Assembly (NCBI GenBank): GCA_028534125.1
Contig: CM052841.1
Coordinates: 67,518,001-67,582,000, forward strand
Direction: 5' to 3'
Source of the DNA: Lama glama
Taxonomy: Eukaryota
Length of the DNA: 64,000 nucleotides
Shown here piece by piece: positions 57,901 to 64,000 of the stretch (within the stretch, counting starts at the first letter, position 1; each line of letters opens with the position of its first letter). A program made the position numbers and the translations under genes. Below the pieces are notes generated by a model that was not told the origin of the DNA, did no database searches, and saw only the letters and a list, made by a program, of their open reading frames with translations.

Positions 57901-60377
57901 TGCTTGCCTTGGAGGGGTTCCCGGGCCTTGTCACCACCTGCCTGACGTGGGGGCAAGGACGTCACACCAGGGTGAGACCGGCTGAGGCCCTAGAAGAAGA
58001 CGTTAAGGGCCCTCCTTGAATACAGCAGGCAAGTGTGTCACGTGAGGCCACCTGACATCCCGGGGACTCCCCGGCCCCTGGTGGGGTGCCCCCGCGTCCA
58101 CTGAACCAGCGTGGCCGCCTGCCGTCACCCAGGTCCAAGCCGTCCCCTCTAAAGACACCCAGACAGGGCAGTGTCCCAGTGACCACTCAGCCCCCTCCTC
58201 TGTCCTCCTGCCCAGAACTGGGGTCCTCGCCCCATTGTGCTCCCTCCTGAGGCTCCGGTCCTGCTCAGGGTCCGAGGCGGGGCAGGTGTAGTGGCGTTCC
58301 CTCTCCCAACTCCCGCCGTGGGCGGAGCTGTGGAGTCTGCCTCCGTCCAGCAGGACATCTCGCCCCAAACCGTGGGCTGAGTAGAATTCAGTTTAATAGC
58401 AAATGCATTTATTAAACTCCCACTGTCTACCTACATGGCCGCAGTGCCTTTGGGCCTCAGCCCAAGTGACAAGGAAATGATCTAAGGACGTAAGCGGGCC
58501 TCTTGCCCAGCGCGCCCCTCAACTTCGACTTCTCTGAGAAATAAAATACGACACGTCCGACAGCAGGCGAGCTTCCGCAGACAGCGGGGATTGTGAAGCG
58601 CGTCTGCGCCCGGCCCGGTCAGGACTAGAGTGGACCATCGGAAGTGGCAGGGAATCTGCCGTCGTTTTGCCAGGACAGAGATGGTCGTGAAGTGCCATCT
58701 ACCCGTCCGGGCTGCCTGGGCTGAGACTGTGTCCCCGCAGCGGTTGAAACACGGGGCAGCAGACGTGGGCAGTGACCGCTGGGATCCTTCGGGTCAAACG
58801 CCAGCTGGGCCCTCAGTGCCCGCTCACCCCCAGGACTGAAGGGGCCATGAGGTCCTGGCGCTGGCCTGGCCGGGGTCTCCCCCGGGGCTGCATGCAGAGC
58901 CCCTCCCTGCCCACGGCTGTTCACGAAGGCCGGGGTCCTCGATTTCCCTCACTTCCCATGTTTGGAGGACAGTGTGGAGGGACAGCTGAGTGATACTAGT
59001 GGCCTCAGCAGCCCCCTTTCCAAATGGCGTCCGTCTGTGGATGGGCGGTCTGAGCGGGTTCCTCAGTGGAGCTGGCCTTTCCTCAGAGAGATGGCCACGC
59101 TGACCACCATCACCTGCCAGTTGGAGCTGTCCCTCTGCTCCGGGACTGGGGACCTTGAGCCGGGCCCCCTGTGGGGGAGGGCCGGGCCGCAGAGCTGAGC
59201 ACAGCAAACAGATTACACCATCCAGCTCCTCAGCACGGTGCTGGAGCCTGGGCTGCGAGCCCTGGGCCTTTCGGAGTCCTCGCCTTGGCCAGGGCTTGGG
59301 GTCCTCGGGACGGGCTCCCACCGGCCTTCGTCACGGCCTTGAGACCTCGCACAACTCTGTTGGGCCCCAGCGGGTTTCTCGGCTGCGGGCCCTCTGGCCG
59401 TCGCCCTAGCAAGACCCCTCTGCCCGGGTCTTCCGGGGCCGCAGGGGGTTTCTCCTCCGCTCGCGGGCCTTGGCAGCCGCTCCCCCCAGGGGGCACCTGC
59501 AGCATCCCCCATCCAGGGACCAGAAGCAGAGGCCGGCTGCCCGGCCGCACGGCGGTTCCGCCAGCAGAGGGCACCCACGGATAATGACCTCCCTGCAGGA
59601 AGCTGAGCCAGCCCCTGCTCTGCTGCCCCGCGGGGCCCCGAAGGCCTTCCAGGCCTCCTGGTTGACCTTGTGACCTTGGTCTGACGGAGTGGGGGCTCTG
59701 GCGTGGGCTCTGCCTCGCCCAGGACCAGCAGCTGGGCTCCAGCCCTTCCCCAGCCACGTGTCCCCGTTGCGGCCCCTCGGGGCCAGCTCCCTCTGCCGGG
59801 TTCTGAGATGCCCGGTGATGATCCACTGAGATGATCCACTCGCCAGCGCTCAGCCCGGCCCTCGCTCTCAGCACAACTGCAGATTTCAGCCGGAGAGAGA
59901 GCCACTGACGCCACCACCAGGGTCGATGGACGGGAGGAGGGGCCGGGTTTCCGGTCACGCCGCGGACCAAGGGCGCGGGGGCTGTTTGTGGGTGTGGAGT
60001 GCCCTGGGTTACAGCAGGCCTGGCACCCTCGGCCGGGCCAGCTTGGGTCTGGCTTTTAACACGCACCTTCAGACCGTTTCCAGCCTGTGTTGTAAGGCGC
60101 TTTCCCTGCCCCAGACGTACCAGTGTTTGGTTTTCCTTTTTAAGTTTGAATTGACGTCTTTTGATTTATTTTCTTTTTCTCTGGTTTGCATATCAGCCGC
60201 GAAATGTCAAAAAGCGTGGTTCTAGCCATGACCCCCCCTTGCCTTCCTTCCCCGTCTCCTGCTCCTCTCTCCCTCCAGAGGGCGCCAGAGGAGTCACACT
60301 CTGCCAGGTACAGCTGTAGGCACGGCAGAAACAGCCCCTGCCCAGAGGAAGCTCACGTTCTGGAAAGTTCTCATTAG

Positions 60378-60893
<516 letters not shown>

Positions 60894-61804
60894 TAAGTGG
60901 CATCACTCAGCACACCTCTCCCGCTGGGGGTCAGGGGAGGCCATAAAGCTCCCTGGCCAAACCGAGGACATCATAGCAGGATGGTGCCGGCACGCCCACA
61001 GGTGGGCGCCAGGCAGAGAGAGAGCCAGGCTGGGGGTCCTGGGAGCTGCGTCTTGGTCTTGGGTCACCCTCTGTGGCTCTGGGGAACCTTTCTTCTCCCC
61101 GACTTCCATGTCCCCTTTGTAAACTGCACTGAACTACATCAGATGCTGGCCTCTTAGTGTCCAAGGGGACAAGGGAGATTGTGTAGTTCCACCCAGACTG
61201 TCCTGAAAGGATTTAAAACTGTACCCTCAAGGATACAGACACAGGTGTGGGAGTGAGTGACTTTAAAAAACAAAACCCGAAACAGCCAAGTCTTTCCAGA
61301 ATTCTCTGTTGGCTGCACCCCTAAACCCTGGTAGCTTGGAAGTCACCTCTTCTGTGGCTGACACGTCTGAGGCCGCGTGTCGTGATCCTTGAAGACCCCA
61401 GGTTGTGATTCCCGCGTTTCTCATCGAGAGTTTCACGGAGGCCCGTCAATTCCACCATTTCCCATCAGACTCAGCTTCTCGGACAGCCTGCAGTTTGCTG
61501 TCGGAGAAGCCGAGCAGCACAAGGGTGCACCACCAGGCCTCCCCGCCTCTGACCCGCTGACCAGCCCACGCCCGGTTTCACGGCTCTGCTTGGGGCTGGA
61601 CGGCTGGCCTCGCCCCAGACGTGAGACACCTGGGGCCTGAGTGCGGGGGTCTCACGTGCACGCGGTGTGGACCCGTGCCCAAGCCTACCTGACTGCAGGG
61701 AGTCGGCGCGGAGCAGTTGGCCCCCGCCACACTGCGGGAAGCAGGACTCCTTCCCAGGTCTGCAGGGCTTTGGCAGCAGGGTCCCTCATGCCGCTATTTT
61801 GTGA

Positions 61805-62095
<291 letters not shown>

Positions 62096-62354
62096 TAACC
62101 TGGGGCCAGCCAAGCCGGGGGCCCCGGGGAAGGAAAGCTGCTTCTATTTAACGGTAGGAGGAGTATCTGCCAGTGGAAACAGGTGGTCGAACGGGCTGTC
62201 GGGCTTTGAGCACGTGGGGAGAATGAAGTTTGGGCCCCATCTCTCTACTGGGTCCTACTGGGGCCACGTGGCAGGATTTGGCGAACTTCAGGGGCCGGCC
62301 GGGCTCAGGGCCAAACTCTCCATTCTCTCCTGTGCTGATCCCAGGCCTCGGGCA

Positions 62355-62480
62355 GGGTGTTCTGACCTTTCTAAGCCTCAGTATCTCCATCTGTGAAATG
62401 GGGTCACGAAGGCAGCTACTTTGAAGAACGTGGCAAAAATTACACGAGGTTGAATGCTTGTAGTAAGTACTTGGCACGTG
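62355..62480 (+). mobile_element. MIR SINE
   Basis: GACCTTTCTAAGCCTCAGTATCTCCATCTGTGAAATGGGG. Confidence 0.78.
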
Positions 62481-64000
62481 GCAGCCAGCTGTTCTTGATA
62501 AATCCACGTTGGAGCAGGTGGAAGGGCGGCCTGGAGCCCAGTAGGTCAGACGTGGAGCCTCAGGGAGAGACCAGAACGGCCGCCTCACTTGGAAGCGAGG
62601 AGGGCGGGGCAGCACGTGAAGGGGGGGTCTGTGGTCCTGCTGATCTTGGCAGCCGTTCTGCGGAGCAGGCGTCCGGGACGGCTGGGTGCCTCGATCCGGC
62701 TGGCACTGTCAGACTTGCCCAGAGACGGGATGAACTGCAGGATGGCCAGGCTGGCGCGGCTTCTGGGGGGGGGTCTCATGAACTGGGACTGGGCTTTTGC
62801 TGGTGTAGACATCTTGCTGGCAGGAGGATCCAGGTAAAGCAGGTGGTGTGGGGAGCTTCAAGACTCACCTGTAAAACATGGGTGCCAAGACTCTACACTG
62901 AGAGACAGTGGGGCTCACCTGGGCTCGCCGGGCTCAGCTGGGACGCGCTGGGCTTGGGCGCCCGGGAGCCGGGGTCACTGCCGCTGCCTGTTCTGCTCGA
63001 GGTCTGAACGCGGAGGCGGGTGGGTGCGCCTGGGCGGGCCGTGCGCGGGGTTTGATTTCACGGGTTGTGCGGCAGCTTTTCTGTGCGGTCATCTCTTTCT
63101 AATGTCTAGCGCCTTTGGTGAGCGGAGAGGGTGTCTTACTGTAAAGATCCAGAAACAAGCGTTACGCATCTTAAAAAAAAATCAGGATCCTGAACGAAGA
63201 GCCAGAACAGCTGCTTTGCCGTGAGCACAGGCCTGTCGAGTCTCCGTCACTGGAGGGACGCGCCGGGGGCGGAGCCTGGCTCCGCCGCTCACATGCCGTG
63301 AGCTCCTGGGTGGCTGCCTCGCCTCCCCGGGAAGCTCGTGCGCGCGAGGCGTGCGTGAGAACCGCCGCCTGTGCCTGGCCCGCAGCCAGCATCCCGTTGT
63401 GGTCACCCACGTTCAAGACCAGAGAAGGAAGCCCATTTGTCATTTTCAGGAAGAACGGGTCTTGAACCGGAGAGCGCCGGGTTTCCCCCTCTGCCTGGCC
63501 TTCCGGCACACAAGGTAGGTCCCGTTCTGTGGCTGAAGGCAGGCGGGCTTTGGACGGAATCAGTGGCCCAGGAAGATGTTCAGAACTCCGGGGAGCCCTT
63601 CTTCCTGGTCGTGGCTCTCAACTTGAGCGGGAGTGGCCGCCGGGCACCAGACTTCTGTGAGCCGCAAGGCGTTCATGTTCTGGAGGCAGCATCTCCCTCG
63701 CTCCGGGCCTCCCTGGCTGTCGGATGTGCTCACGTTGGAAAATGTGCCCTGTCTTCCCTAAAGACCAACGGAAGGCGGCAATGCCTTCGGGTGCCCCTCC
63801 CAGCGCAAGGAGCAGGTTGGCTGGGTGTCCTCGTGTCCCCGCCGCTCTCTGTCTCAGGCCGAGTGAGACAAGAGTTTTTATTTCTTTTGCTATTAGAGTG
63901 ATGTAACTTCATGCTCCAGCAGATCCCAAGTACACACTTGCTGTTTTAACCACTTCGGTTCTTGGGAATTCCCGTCCCTTTAAAAGGAGGGGCCAGCACC

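Overview
GC-rich mammalian genomic DNA, not prokaryotic. It is very likely a camelid, judged from three Vic-1-type tRNA-derived SINEs. The window holds about 24 kb of upstream sequence and the 5' part of COL5A1 (pro-alpha1(V) collagen) on the + strand. A CpG-island promoter and 5'UTR lie at ~23.5-24.7 kb, and the exon 1 coding part is hidden in a 174-N gap. Exons 2-4 (54759-54926, 60679-60892, 61849-62011) encode most of the TSPN/PARP N-propeptide domain with intact GT-AG junctions and reading phase. The rest is intronic or intergenic: L1, L2, MIR, MLT1 LTRs, hAT DNA-transposon remnants, microsatellites and three assembly gaps. Almost all ORFs in the supplied track are chance ORFs of GC-rich DNA. 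The most unusual structure is a ~10-copy 40-bp minisatellite in intron 1 in which most units carry a consensus NF-Y CCAAT box, while the gene's own promoter has only a degenerate CAAAT box. Other candidates are a 3-codon uORF, an NF-Y/E-box composite element, paired CTCF-like sites and a MARE pair. I see no clearly new multi-gene system. Regulatory calls are motif-level inferences. Repeat families and all human comparisons come from recall, and repeat boundaries are approximate.
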